From assembly GCA_963701295.1 (NCBI GenBank), contig OY969585.1, positions 256,001 through 320,000 on the forward strand: DNA of 64,000 nt. Reading direction: 5' to 3'. Position 1 is the first letter of the stretch. Every line of letters starts with the position of its first letter. The DNA comes from Ignavibacteriota bacterium (lineage in GTDB: Bacteria > Bacteroidota > Ignavibacteria > UBA10030). Both the position numbers and the translations under genes were made by a program. The notes under the pieces are model-generated. The model worked only from the letters and a program-made list of their open reading frames with translations. It had not been told where the DNA came from and ran no database searches. Below, one piece after another: positions 1 through 10,200 of this stretch.

Positions 1-379
1 CCCAGAAGAACAACAGATTGGACGTCGGTTCGCTTGGGTCTTCGGTGCCGAGATGTTAGCGTTCGCAGTGGTCAACTCAGTCGTCGGAGCAACCGGAAAT
101 TTCGAGTTGATGCCCTCATTAGACCTGATAATAGTGGGAGTTCACTTTTTCCCGTTAGCGCGGATATTTCGCGTCCCACGCTACAATTTCACAGGGTTGC
201 TCTTTTGTGTAATTCCGGTGGTTACGCTTCTTGCGATCCCAAAGCAGTTCGAGGTTGGACACGCTCTAGCTTGGTACGTTGTTCCGAGTTTAGGATGTGG
301 ACTTGTAGCTTCATTGACCGCAGCGATAGGGTTGCTCGAAGCGTGGCAATCTATCTCTAAAATTCGTGATGCTGCCTAA
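1..379 (+). CDS. membrane protein, 5'-truncated (DUF7010-like)
   Basis: Frame open from position 2; hydrophobic segments, IVGVHFFPLARIF motif; stop TAA lies inside GCCTAAC. Confidence 0.7.
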   Translation, partial: PEEQQIGRRFAWVFGAEMLAFAVVNSVVGATGNFELMPSLDLIIVGVHFFPLARIFRVPRYNFTGLLFCVIPVVTLLAIPKQFEVGHALAWYVVPSLGCGLVASLTAAIGLLEAWQSISKIRDAA

Positions 380-527
380 CCAGAAATTCAAGCTGACCGA
401 ATGAGTGCCCGCCCAAAGATAAAGCATGGCGCATAGAGGTTTTGTGAAATTGGAAAGTAAATTACATGGAACTCGGTTCGTGCAGTGGAACAATCTCTTT
501 GTTGCAGCTTCATTGTATCTATTAGGC
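374..527 (+). mobile_element. degenerate attC-like cassette recombination site, copy 1
   Basis: GCCTAAC (RYYYAAC) overlapping the upstream stop, inner arm AAGCTG pairing with CAGCTT (505-510), ends in ATTAGGC (one mismatch from GTTAGGC); homologous to 5267-5489. Confidence 0.6.
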
Positions 528-704
528 ATGCGCGTATTTAACCGTATCAATCTGCCAATGCCTGGGCGGATCACTAACTTTGTATTGATACATAATTAGG
601 TGGCAAGTCATAGGTAGGAAATTGCATCTGCTCTTCTGATTCACTAAGTTGAGATGTAAGTAAATTGATGTTGACAAAACAAATCTGGAAAGCATGAGGC
701 AATC

Positions 705-1721
705 ATGGCAAAACGCACATCCGGAGAAAAAGGAAAAATCTCTCCATCCACAATAATGGATTCAGTATATGCCTTTCGAGAGGCACGGGTTCTGTTGACT
801 GCTTTCGAGCTTGAACTTTTTTCGTTCCTCGGCGACGGGTGGAAGTCTTCCGAAGAAGCAGCTCAGCTGGCGAAAACGAACCCACGAGCAACCGACAGGT
901 TGCTGAACGCCCTTTGTGCCTCGGGATATCTTGTCAAGAAGAAAGGGAAATTTTCAAACACTCCCCTCACATCACGCTTCCTTGTCAAGGGAGAACCTGA
1001 TTACCTTGAAGGTTTAATGCATCAGGTCAGCCTGTGGAACACTTGGAGCACTCTTACGGATGCTGTGCGCAAGGGGTCATCAGTAGTCGTGCGCGATCCG
1101 GTGAGCGGCCACGAGGTGGATTGGTTAGAAGCTTTCATAGCGGCGATGCATATGCGAGCAATCCGCCAGGCTCCGGCTGTCGTCAGGTTGATCAACCTGA
1201 AAGGGGTAAAACGTATCCTCGATGTCGGAGGGGGATCGGGAGTGTTTTCGATGGCGTTCGTTCGTGCGAGAAAGGGGATTACCGCAGTAATTTTTGATCT
1301 GGCGAATGTTACAAGACTGACAAAGACCTATATCGAAGCAGAGAACCTCGGAAATCTGATCAGCGTTGTTGGGGGTGATTACACAGTGGATCTTCTGGTG
1401 AGCGGTTTTGATCTCGTGTTTATGTCCGCGGTCATTCATAGTAATTCCTCAGAGATCAATAGGCAATTGTTCAGGAAGGCGTTCGAATCGCTGAACCCAG
1501 AGGGACATCTGGTAGTGCTGGACTATATAATGAACGATGATCGAACCTCACCGGCGGTAGGGGCATACTTCTCGCTCAACATGCTGGTGGGCACGCATAA
1601 AGGCGATTCATACACGGAATCGGAAGTGCGTGGTTGGATGGAGGATGCCGGGTTCAAGAAGATCAGTAAAATGAAGACCCAGTTCGGAACAGACCTTATG
1701 ACTGGAAGGAGGATGTCTTAG
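705..1721 (+). CDS. SAM-dependent O-methyltransferase (family 2, with dimerisation domain)
   Basis: LDVGGGSG motif I, N-terminal winged-helix dimerisation region, SAVIH. Confidence 0.9.
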   Translation: MAKRTSGEKGKISPSTIMDSVYAFREARVLLTAFELELFSFLGDGWKSSEEAAQLAKTNPRATDRLLNALCASGYLVKKKGKFSNTPLTSRFLVKGEPDYLEGLMHQVSLWNTWSTLTDAVRKGSSVVVRDPVSGHEVDWLEAFIAAMHMRAIRQAPAVVRLINLKGVKRILDVGGGSGVFSMAFVRARKGITAVIFDLANVTRLTKTYIEAENLGNLISVVGGDYTVDLLVSGFDLVFMSAVIHSNSSEINRQLFRKAFESLNPEGHLVVLDYIMNDDRTSPAVGAYFSLNMLVGTHKGDSYTESEVRGWMEDAGFKKISKMKTQFGTDLMTGRRMS

Positions 1722-1914
1722 TGGCGGGCATTTACTGAATGTCTTCAAAGTCAAATAGACAGAATTGAATATTTTCAAGATATGATTTGAATAAAAGTGC
1801 ATTACAAATTAAAAAATTTTTATAATAAACTCGCTTCATATAGTACAATTTGAAAATTGTCAATGCTGCAGTTTAGCACCCCAAACGTTCGTAAACAATT
1901 ATAGAGGATATCCT

Positions 1915-2355
1915 ATGAACACCAATTCACCAAACCCTAATGACGCCGCCAAGCACGCCGAATCTGAGTTCTTCCATGCCAGCATGTTCTCGATCTCACT
2001 GACCGTGAAGGATCTCGGCAAAAGCCTTGCATGGTATCATAATGTGCTGGGATTCAGCATCGACCGCAAGATTGAACGTGATGGAAAACTGCGATCGGTA
2101 GCGCTAAAAGCCGGGAACGCGAGGATCTCGATCAATCAAGATGACGGAGCCAAAGGATGGGACCGGATCAAAGGAGAAGGATTCTCACTGAACATCACGA
2201 CAGATCAGAATATCGATAAGATTGCAAACCGGATCAAAGAGCTTGGTGGTACTCTCGAGTCGGAGCCTGCCGATATGCCCTGGGGGGCACGCTTATTCCG
2301 GTTGAAAGATCCAGACGGGTTCAAGTTGGCGATCTCGTCGCCCCGTGCGGCTTAA
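1915..2355 (+). CDS. VOC/glyoxalase family protein
   Basis: LTVKDL..WY..VLGF and MPWGARLFRLKDPDG motifs; RBS GAGGA. Confidence 0.9.
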   Translation: MNTNSPNPNDAAKHAESEFFHASMFSISLTVKDLGKSLAWYHNVLGFSIDRKIERDGKLRSVALKAGNARISINQDDGAKGWDRIKGEGFSLNITTDQNIDKIANRIKELGGTLESEPADMPWGARLFRLKDPDGFKLAISSPRAA

Positions 2356-2581
2356 CTACTTTTATATGCGTTGAACAAATTATCCGACAGCGACAGTGTT
2401 CTTCAACATTCCTCGCACAAACAGGCCGGAAAAGAAATAATTGCCATCAGTCTCACTGACTAAAATTTAAGTATGACTGGCAAACCTATGCAGGGAGGAT
2501 TCGTTCGTCACTCCTCGACTCAGATCGGGATGACGCTTGTGTTTTTGGTCGATCCACTGGATATAACAAGGGGATACTCTG

Positions 2582-3937
2582 ATGTTCACCTCTTCGTACG
2601 GCAACACTTCTACGCATCTTGAGCGCGGCCTCGGTCTCAAGGAAGCCACCGCGCTAAACATGATCGACATGGTAGGGATCGGCCCATTCATTGTCGTACC
2701 CTTCGTTGTAAAAACCATGGGCGGCCCTCAGGCAATGATCGCGTGGGTCGCAGGTGCATTACTCGCACTGATGGACGGCTTCGTTTGGTCGGAACTTGGC
2801 GCCGCAATGCCCAAAGCAGGAGGCAGTTATTTCTTCCTGCGCGAATCGTATGGTTCTGCCCGCTGGGGTAAAGCGATGTCGTTTCTCCTGATATGGCAGA
2901 CGATGTTTCAGGCCCCACTCGTTATCGCCTCCGGCACCATCGGTTTCTCCCAGTATTTTACCTACCTCGTACCACTGACAGGTCTGGAGCAAAAAGCCAT
3001 CTCCGGAGTTCTCGTCGTCATCCTCGTGATTCTTCTCTACAGGCGCATAACCACGGTCGGCAGGTTGTCACTCCTGTTATGGACCGGTGTGGTGCTTACG
3101 TTCATCTGGCTCATCTGGGGAGGTGTTACGCACTTCAAGAGCCGACTGGCATTTGACTTCCCGGATGGCGCGTGGAATTTCTCGTGGTTATTTTTTGCAG
3201 GGCTGGGTCAGGCGACGGTCCAGACCATCTATACATACCTTGGCTACTACAATGTGTGCCAGCTCGGCGGAGAGGTGAAAACACCTGAGAAAAATATTCC
3301 GCGAAGCATTTTCATTTCCATATTGGGAATAGCGGCGCTGTATCTCGCCATGCAGCTTAGCATCTTTGGCGTTGTTCCATGGAAGGAAATTTCGGAGTCT
3401 CCATTTATTGTCAGTACATTTGTCGAACATATCTATGGCGGACATGCCGCTACCATAGCAACCGTTCTGATCCTCTGGATTGCATTTGCATCGTTGTTCT
3501 CGGCTTTACTCGGGTATTCCCGCATTCCATATGCGGCTGCAACCGATGGTGCATTTTTCTCGCCGTTCGCTCGCCTCCATCCGACAAAACACTTCCCCCA
3601 TGTCTCGCTGCTCATACTGGGGGGCACAGCGTTCGTGTTCAGTTTGATGTTTAAGCTAACCGATGTGATTAAAGCAATCCTTGCAATGCGAATTCTTGTA
3701 CAGTTCATGGGACAGGCGGTCGGCGTGATGTTTCTGCGGCGGCGATGGCCATCGGAACGATTACCGTTCAAGATGTGGCTTTACCCTATTCCCGCTCTGC
3801 TGGCGCTTGTGACGTGGGGGGCAATTTTCTACTCGACGGGCACTGCGTTCATGGCTGCCGGTAGCGGCGTTGTAGCGGTGGGCATTGTTGTGTATCTCGT
3901 CCGCAGCCGGATTATTCATGAATGGCCGTTTGAATAG
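2582..3937 (+). CDS. APC family amino acid permease
   Basis: ELGAAMPKAGGSY motif, about 12 hydrophobic segments, GGEVKTPEKNIPRSI. Confidence 0.9.
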   Translation: MFTSSYGNTSTHLERGLGLKEATALNMIDMVGIGPFIVVPFVVKTMGGPQAMIAWVAGALLALMDGFVWSELGAAMPKAGGSYFFLRESYGSARWGKAMSFLLIWQTMFQAPLVIASGTIGFSQYFTYLVPLTGLEQKAISGVLVVILVILLYRRITTVGRLSLLLWTGVVLTFIWLIWGGVTHFKSRLAFDFPDGAWNFSWLFFAGLGQATVQTIYTYLGYYNVCQLGGEVKTPEKNIPRSIFISILGIAALYLAMQLSIFGVVPWKEISESPFIVSTFVEHIYGGHAATIATVLILWIAFASLFSALLGYSRIPYAAATDGAFFSPFARLHPTKHFPHVSLLILGGTAFVFSLMFKLTDVIKAILAMRILVQFMGQAVGVMFLRRRWPSERLPFKMWLYPIPALLALVTWGAIFYSTGTAFMAAGSGVVAVGIVVYLVRSRIIHEWPFE

Positions 3938-4084
3938 TGAAAATGGCGAAAGATGACACAAGGCCGCCGCTCAATCAGCCTCGATGTCCATCAAGCTTAC
4001 ACATCGAATTTGCCTTTCCAGAACGATGATGTAAAGGCAATCTCTTCAAGTATGTTCAAAGTTCGAACTAAATAATAAGGTCAG

Positions 4085-4110
4085 AAAGCGGCAATGAGAG
4101 TTGCCGCTTT
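4085..4110 (+). terminator. intrinsic terminator-like hairpin
   Basis: AAAGCGGCAA-tgagag-TTGCCGCTTT perfect 10-bp stem followed by T-rich sequence. Confidence 0.7.
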
Positions 4111-4227
4111 TATTTACTTGAGATTCAAAGAAATAAAATGTAAAGTTCTGGTGTCACATTGAGAGGTGGTCGCCGATGCACTATCGTTTGGGAAACACTT
4201 CGGGAAGAAAATTAATTGAGCAACAAT

Positions 4228-5258
4228 ATGAAAGTTATAAGGGCCGCAACTTCGCGGTTATCCGTTTTGTTGCACCACAGTATCAATAATTGATAGGATG
4301 CCAAAATGAGTACTTCATGAAAACTGCTTTTGATCGCCCGAATTGTCGTTATTGTTGTTGGGGCGTTCTTCGTGGGAAATGGTTGCGCAGCTCAAAAAAA
4401 AATATGTAGAGTCCGGCATAACCAATCTTATGCAATTAACATCCGGTCAGAGTATTGAACTTGATCCCTGTTGGTCAAGGGACGGTGATAAAATCGTGTT
4501 TGCATCCGATCGTTCAGATTATCTCGAATTATGGATTATGCCTGTTAAAAGAGGTGGTATACAACAAATTACAAGTAGTTCGAGATCAGCTGAGAGATCC
4601 CCTGATTTTTCACCAGATCAAACAGAAATAATATTTCAATCAACTCGCGTTACAGGAAAATATCGCTTGGAGACAGAGAACTAACACAATTGACAAATAG
4701 TCCGTAAGGGGCATTTACATCGAAATATTCTCCCGATGGAAAAAAATTACATACTGTGCAACCGATAAGGATGGCAATACATATATTTGGCTGATAGGTT
4801 CAAATGGTGAAGAACCCACGCAACTCGGTCATGGTGCAGACTCCGTATGGTCTCCACATGGTAAAAAAATAGCGTTCTCAAAAGCAATGGGAAAAAACAA
4901 TGCTCATATTTGGATAATGAACATTGATGGGAGCGATGCAATTCAAATGACTACAGAAGATCAAAAATTTGATGTTTCTCCATGCTGGTCGAAAGATGGG
5001 AAAAAATTGATCTATGTAGTAAGATATGCTAGTGAAGATTATTTTTATCTCTCCGACGGTAAGGCTAGCCCTTCTTATTACTATTATTTAAAGTCGGAAA
5101 TCTGGGTAATGGATGTTCAATGAGGAAAACCAACACAATTGACGGCATTTGAAGGATTAAATAGTTTCCCTGCTTGGTCACCCGAAGGTAGGATAGCGTT
5201 TATTTCCAATCGCGGCGATTCATGGAATATTTGGCTAATGACACAAAATCTCAAATAA
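4228..5258 (+). pseudogene. TolB-like PD40 beta-propeller protein, fragmented
   Basis: Repeated P.WS.DG..I.F motifs spread over several frames (4343-4684, 4887-5123, tail to 5258), with in-frame stops near 4705 and 5121 plus frameshifts. Confidence 0.8.
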
Positions 5259-5266
5259 ATGGTGCG

Positions 5267-5489
5267 CTCTAACCAGCAATTCAAGCTGACGGAATGAGCC
5301 CACTGCAAAATTCATGGCGAGCAGAAGTTTAATACAGATTTGAAAGTTATCAGCATGAACTTGTTCCGTTATCTACATAGTGGAAGTATTCAGCGCGGCA
5401 GCCCCCGATTTACGGGATCCTCAATTCGGCCACAGCTTGATATAAAGCTTCAAGCTTGTCGAATCGGGATTAGCAGCCATCCGTTAGGC
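5267..5489 (+). mobile_element. degenerate attC-like site, copy 2
   Basis: CTCTAAC-CAGCAATTCAAGCTGAC ... CACAGCTT (5431-5438) ... GTTAGGC (5483-5489); 5269-5298 matches 376-405 at 28/30. Confidence 0.6.
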
Positions 5490-5536
5490 GGTGCAAGAAG
5501 TTTGTCCTCCTGCACTTTTATTTTGGGTTATTTTAT

Positions 5537-5872
5537 ATGATCGACAGAACTGTTGCGGAACACTACAAATGGGGTCAGAATTGCGATGGTTGGCATCTTG
5601 TCAAATCAAATTCACTGAGTGTTATTCGAGAGTTGATGCTGCCACACACGTCGGAGATGCGCCACAAACATTCCCAATCGCGGCAATTCTTTTTCGTGCT
5701 GTTCGGTGAAGCAACAATTGAGATTGATGGAAAAAAGCAAATTCTTCAGTCAGAACAAGGGCTAGAGGTCGCCCCAGGCATAACGCATCAAGTTTTCAAT
5801 AACAGCAATAAAGAATTACATTTCCTCGTTGTCTCATGTCCCCCGAGTCAAAGCGACCGGATCTATGTGTAG
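5537..5872 (+). CDS. cupin domain protein
   Basis: HKH..SRQFFFVL.G and PGITHQV cupin motifs. Confidence 0.9.
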   Translation: MIDRTVAEHYKWGQNCDGWHLVKSNSLSVIRELMLPHTSEMRHKHSQSRQFFFVLFGEATIEIDGKKQILQSEQGLEVAPGITHQVFNNSNKELHFLVVSCPPSQSDRIYV

Positions 5873-5993
5873 TTACCATTTCGGCTTGCACCGCTTATCC
5901 AGCGCATCAAGCTCGGCTTGAAGAGAAGAAAGCATCAGCAAAGCGTGATACTCAATATTTCAGAAGGTGTGAATGCATTTTGCATAGTGTTTT

Positions 5994-6010
5994 GAGGTTT
6001 AGTATATTTG
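5994..6010 (+). repeat. 17-bp promoter-like repeat, copy 1 (copy 2 at 7462-7478)
   Basis: GAGGTTTAGTATATTTG is exact in both places, each upstream of a lipoprotein gene; contains a TAnnTTTG box. Confidence 0.6.
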
Positions 6011-6145
6011 AGAAGCCATGAACTCGAAACTTGGTTCTTTGTACTATGAACAATAAAGCATTTAATACGATAACCCAAATAAGATCATCGCATAGTGCAT
6101 TGAGCCGCAATCCATTCTGCAACATATAAAAGAAAAGGACAAACC

Positions 6146-6721
6146 ATGAATAAACTTGCATTCTTCATTTTCGTAGGTTCGTTTACACTCCTTTCCTCTT
6201 GTGCGACAACAAATACACAAAAGGAATCCAGTATCAATCCGAATGACATTGTTCGATGGACTGATACAACAAAACTCAGTTGGGACGATTTTCAGGGTCA
6301 GCCCACCAAGGAAGCTAAAGTCGGTTCTGAAATCATCATTCAATCACCGGCCAATTTCCATAAAGCGACATTTCTAGATCCCGCATCCATAACAGTAGAA
6401 TGTTATGTCGACAAGAAAGCCTCTTGGGTCAAAAAGTCTCAAGCGAAACCTCAGCTTCTCTACTATCATCAAACTCTTTTTGATCTTTATGAACTGTACG
6501 CACGAAAGCTGCGCAAAAAACTTTCTGAGACTAACTTTGGCATTGAGAATCCGAGTGGAGTATTTGATAGTATTTATCAAGCACATACCGCTGATCTTTC
6601 CAAAGCAGTTGCTCAATATCGAGCAGAAAGCGGAATGGGGACAAAAAATAAAAAAATAAAGGAATGGTCTGAAAAGATAGCGAGCGAACTCAAAGAACTG
6701 GATGAATATAAGGCTCAATAA
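6146..6721 (+). CDS. lipoprotein, DUF922-like
   Basis: LSSC lipobox; KLSWDDFQG and FDLYELYARKLRK segments. Confidence 0.7.
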   Translation: MNKLAFFIFVGSFTLLSSCATTNTQKESSINPNDIVRWTDTTKLSWDDFQGQPTKEAKVGSEIIIQSPANFHKATFLDPASITVECYVDKKASWVKKSQAKPQLLYYHQTLFDLYELYARKLRKKLSETNFGIENPSGVFDSIYQAHTADLSKAVAQYRAESGMGTKNKKIKEWSEKIASELKELDEYKAQ

Positions 6722-6861
6722 ATGAAAGAGCTGTTTGTGTTTAACAAACCAAGTATGAATCATCCAGAAAAATGATTCACAGCCGGAGTCTGCTTGCAAA
6801 GGAGGTATGCAATTTATTACAATGGAACCATCATCCGTTAAACAACCAGACGAGAAGGTGA

Positions 6862-7335
6862 TTGATCATGATAAATGAAAATATCAGATTCAAACCGTGG
6901 AGAAGATTTTTTAAATTTGCACCACTGATCGTTTTATCCTCCCTTGTCGTCATCATCGTATGGCAAACACAAAAGCCAAATCCTGCTTATCAATACAAAC
7001 GGCAGGTTGTCTACACATCTCCTTTTTTTTCTATAAAGGAATGCAGCCCAGACGAAAAGAGAATTGCAAAACATTTTGCCGTTGATACGTTACCCGGATT
7101 AATGCAAAAGGGATTAATTCAAAAATATCAGAGGACAGCATCGGGCACTTCTATTGCAGTCAGCGGGGGACTCTGGAGAAAGCAGTCGAAATTTTTTAAA
7201 ACGAGCCTGCTCAAAGAGGTCTTTGTATTTAATGAAGTTCAAGGGTACGAATTATCGACGAAAATTATTGACGGCTTGTCGGGAAAGCTGTACGCTTGCA
7301 TATCCTCATCGACAAAAATGGATTTTTACGATTAG
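6862..7335 (+). CDS. hypothetical single-pass membrane protein
   Basis: 157-aa ORF with an N-terminal TM helix. Confidence 0.65.
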   Translation: MIMINENIRFKPWRRFFKFAPLIVLSSLVVIIVWQTQKPNPAYQYKRQVVYTSPFFSIKECSPDEKRIAKHFAVDTLPGLMQKGLIQKYQRTASGTSIAVSGGLWRKQSKFFKTSLLKEVFVFNEVQGYELSTKIIDGLSGKLYACISSSTKMDFYD

Positions 7336-7461
7336 TGGATTGACAGACTAATCAGAAACTCAAACTTAGCTTGTCCAGAAAAATGCATCACAACCGAGGC
7401 TGGAGAATGTTATTGCACAAATTGCGATACAAATGAATAGTATATAAATTCACAGCGTTGA

Positions 7462-7507
7462 GAGGTTTAGTATATTTGTAAGCCAGAGGCTTATGAGCCT
7501 TTGGCTT
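7462..7507 (+). repeat. 17-bp promoter-like repeat copy 2 plus hairpin
   Basis: GAGGTTTAGTATATTTG followed by the stem-loop AAGCCAGAGGCT-tatg-AGCCTTTGGCTT. Confidence 0.55.
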
Positions 7508-7667
7508 GGAAGCTATCAATTTTAAATGAGACAAGGTGGAAACACGCTTTGCGTGTTACAGGCACAGATATCCGGCTGTTATGTACAAAAATTGAAATTT
7601 ATCAGTGCCACACCCTGACTTTTCGGGATTGCTACAATAAGCTGGCAGCTTTTAGTAAAGGAGATGT

Positions 7668-8141
7668 ATGAATTCATGTAATAGAATTTCACACTTTAGA
7701 TTTTACATTTCATTCGTACTTGCAATTGTTATATTTGTTGGGTGCAAGGAAAACTCGACCGTATCAATACAATCATCTGCACCCCAAAATACACCAGTAG
7801 TCGTTAGTACAACAAACGCATTCACGTATGCGATTGATGCCAATACGTACACTGACAGCACTGCCGATGATCTTACATTTTCTTCAGACTCGCTTGCATG
7901 CACTCTTGCGGTCGGCAGTTATTTATCCGGCGATGCGTCATTGTATATTCGTGATTCAACAGATTCCATCGTTTTTTATGATTCAATAACTACGAACAAA
8001 GTAATTGTCATTACTCAGTCAGGGAAAGGAATTCCGAAACGATTCACATTATCGTGCAACAATTTCACTGGAAAAATCAGTTTTGCTTTAAGCCGCACTG
8101 GAGGGTTATCAATAGACTCATATATTTCTATTTTCCGCTGA
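7668..8141 (+). CDS. hypothetical lipoprotein, beta-rich
   Basis: RBS AAGGAG, FVGC lipobox, Ser/Thr-rich. Confidence 0.7.
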   Translation: MNSCNRISHFRFYISFVLAIVIFVGCKENSTVSIQSSAPQNTPVVVSTTNAFTYAIDANTYTDSTADDLTFSSDSLACTLAVGSYLSGDASLYIRDSTDSIVFYDSITTNKVIVITQSGKGIPKRFTLSCNNFTGKISFALSRTGGLSIDSYISIFR

Positions 8142-8309
8142 CCAACCATTTTCTCCCCCGAAAAGAATAATTTCGGGGTACAGCTGCAGTCCGTTCGATG
8201 TACACAACATCCAAGAATGACAATTTCAATGAAGCATAAAACGCATTGGAGATCATCATGAAAATGCATATCAAATCATCATGGGAAATATTAGAATTGT
8301 ATTGTATCC

Positions 8310-8822
8310 ATGCTTCTTATTATGGCAACACCTCCAGAATGTATAGCCCAAGAAAAACCAACAGCTCCTTCTGAACGTGACTCCATAATCTCTGCGGCAC
8401 GCGAGATCATCGGTATGCAAAAGTATTGCGCGCTCATTACTGTCGATTCATCCGGAGAGCCGCACGTGAGAACCATGAATCCGTTCCCGCCGGAAGACGA
8501 TATGACCGTCTGGATTGCCACCAACAGCCGCAGCCGAAAGGTGAAAGAAATCCGAAACAATCCTCATGTATGCCTATACTACGCAAACCACAGTCAAGTA
8601 ACCGGCTATGTATCAATCACCGGAAAGGCTGTTCTCGTGAATGACATGAATGAAAAACTCAAGCGGAAAAGAGAGTATTGGAATCAAGCTTTTCCAGATT
8701 GGAAGTATTTAATTCTGATACAAGTAATTCCAGAAAGACTCGAAGTAATAAATTACAAACGTGGCATGTTAAACGATCCGGTGACGTGGAGTATGCCCTC
8801 CATCGAATTTAAAAAACCGTGA
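8310..8822 (+). CDS. pyridoxamine 5'-phosphate oxidase-like / general stress protein
   Basis: LITVD..GEPHVRTM, SRKVKEIRNNPHV; the true start may be the out-of-frame ATG at 8258 (RBS GGAG). Confidence 0.85.
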   Translation: MLLIMATPPECIAQEKPTAPSERDSIISAAREIIGMQKYCALITVDSSGEPHVRTMNPFPPEDDMTVWIATNSRSRKVKEIRNNPHVCLYYANHSQVTGYVSITGKAVLVNDMNEKLKRKREYWNQAFPDWKYLILIQVIPERLEVINYKRGMLNDPVTWSMPSIEFKKP

Positions 8823-9184
8823 ATTGAAGGGATGTATGACGCCACAATACACTACCTCGGAGCAAACTGCTGGAGAAGTAAATAAAAACAAATAGTGAAA
8901 AAGGGGGAAAGGGACGTATGGTATTTCTGAAACCGCACATATCTTTGGAGAATCTTTCAGGAAAGCCGGTTAAGTAAGACGTAAAGAAGGAAAAGGCATT
9001 CACTCTTATGGGATAGACATTTGCTCTAAAAGCCAAAAAGCGGTATGTTGCTACCGATTGATGAATCGATCGTGAACACAAATAGGTGTTTCCCTAACTT
9101 CATACCGAAAGAATATTTTATAAGAACTCTCATCCATCAGACAAAAAAATCACATACTCATTCAATATTCATGGGGATGGAATC

Positions 9185-9403
9185 ATGTCACAGTTAACTC
9201 CTGAATTCGAAGGATTGCTCCAGTTAATAGTATATCTCGAATGTAAAATTGATGCCGTTACAGATATCCTTAACGAGAGAGGGATTTCACTTCCAACCGA
9301 AGAGATTGTCAGTAAAACTCATAGAATTCATGCAGTTCAAGGGTACCCAAAAAGATACAGAATCATGAGCATGATGAAAGATGGTAAATTTGATTTTACC
9401 TAG
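9185..9403 (+). CDS. small hypothetical protein
   Basis: 72-aa ORF with a GGA-rich RBS. Confidence 0.55.
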   Translation: MSQLTPEFEGLLQLIVYLECKIDAVTDILNERGISLPTEEIVSKTHRIHAVQGYPKRYRIMSMMKDGKFDFT

Positions 9404-9524
9404 TGATTCCATTCATATCTAAAGATTCTCTATTCACTCAAGATGCCAGACAGATAGATTATTTTAAATTTTCAGTATAGGTGTTTGTTTAAAATTCCAT
9501 TCGCAAGGACAGGAAACAAATACG

Positions 9525-10043
9525 GTGAGACATTTTTTTCTTCTCGGATGCTTTATTGTTATCGTGAGCAGTATCAGCTGCCGGCAAAATCCCGCTGTTC
9601 CTGAAATAGTAAAACGTTTTCCTCTCAATAATCTGGAAGGTGTCATCACTCGTACCGGCGTATCTTTCGACGAAACTATTTCCAGCGATGGGAAGGGTTC
9701 GTTGAGAATTGATGCATCTGAACCAACGACCGTTCGATTATTTGAAGTAGGGGATATTTCAATTGATGAAGCTCGTTTGATTTATAAAGCCAAGATAAAA
9801 ACAAAAGATATTCAAGGCCATGCGTACCTTGAAATGTGGTGTTCTTTTCCTGGATTAGGAGAATTTTTCTCTCGGTCACTGAATAGTCCATTATCCGGAA
9901 CTGTTGATTGGACAACAATCGAAACACCTTTCTTTTTAAAAAAAGATCAGAAACCGGATTTAATTAAGCTGAACGTTGTTATCCATGGTCAGGGGACTCT
10001 ATGGATCGACGATATATCATTAGTCAAAGGGCCCTTGCAATAA
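9525..10043 (+). CDS. lipoprotein with a galactose-binding-like jelly-roll domain
   Basis: SISC lipobox; GKGSLRI, SGTVDW, GTLWIDDISL. Confidence 0.7.
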   Translation: MRHFFLLGCFIVIVSSISCRQNPAVPEIVKRFPLNNLEGVITRTGVSFDETISSDGKGSLRIDASEPTTVRLFEVGDISIDEARLIYKAKIKTKDIQGHAYLEMWCSFPGLGEFFSRSLNSPLSGTVDWTTIETPFFLKKDQKPDLIKLNVVIHGQGTLWIDDISLVKGPLQ

Positions 10044-10200
10044 CGTGTAGAAATATTTTCTTCACAAGATCAAAGAAATTTCTATTTTGATAGATGAGAA
10101 TTGTTCCAAACTCCATCAAGCAAAATGTTTTTCACGAGCTGTTTATTCATAGTGTACATACATAGGCGTCTTTCTTTTTCAACTAATAAATGGAGGTCGT

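Noticed and set aside
311-574. Minus-strand ORFs sharing HSVSLNxWL (also 5117-5308)
   Set aside because: These are translations of the attC-like DNA repeat, not proteins
536-601. Possible extra mini attC (ATTTAAC-GTATCAAT...ATTGATAC-ATTAGGT)
   Set aside because: Only an 8-bp inverted repeat with irregular box spacing; may be chance
2350-2376. GCTTAAC...GTTGAAC at the glyoxalase stop
   Set aside because: 27 bp is too short for an attC and there are no inner arms
4228-5258. Stop-codon readthrough or an alternative genetic code in the TolB-like gene
   Set aside because: Mixed TAA/TGA stops plus frameshifts indicate decay; all other genes read normally in code 11
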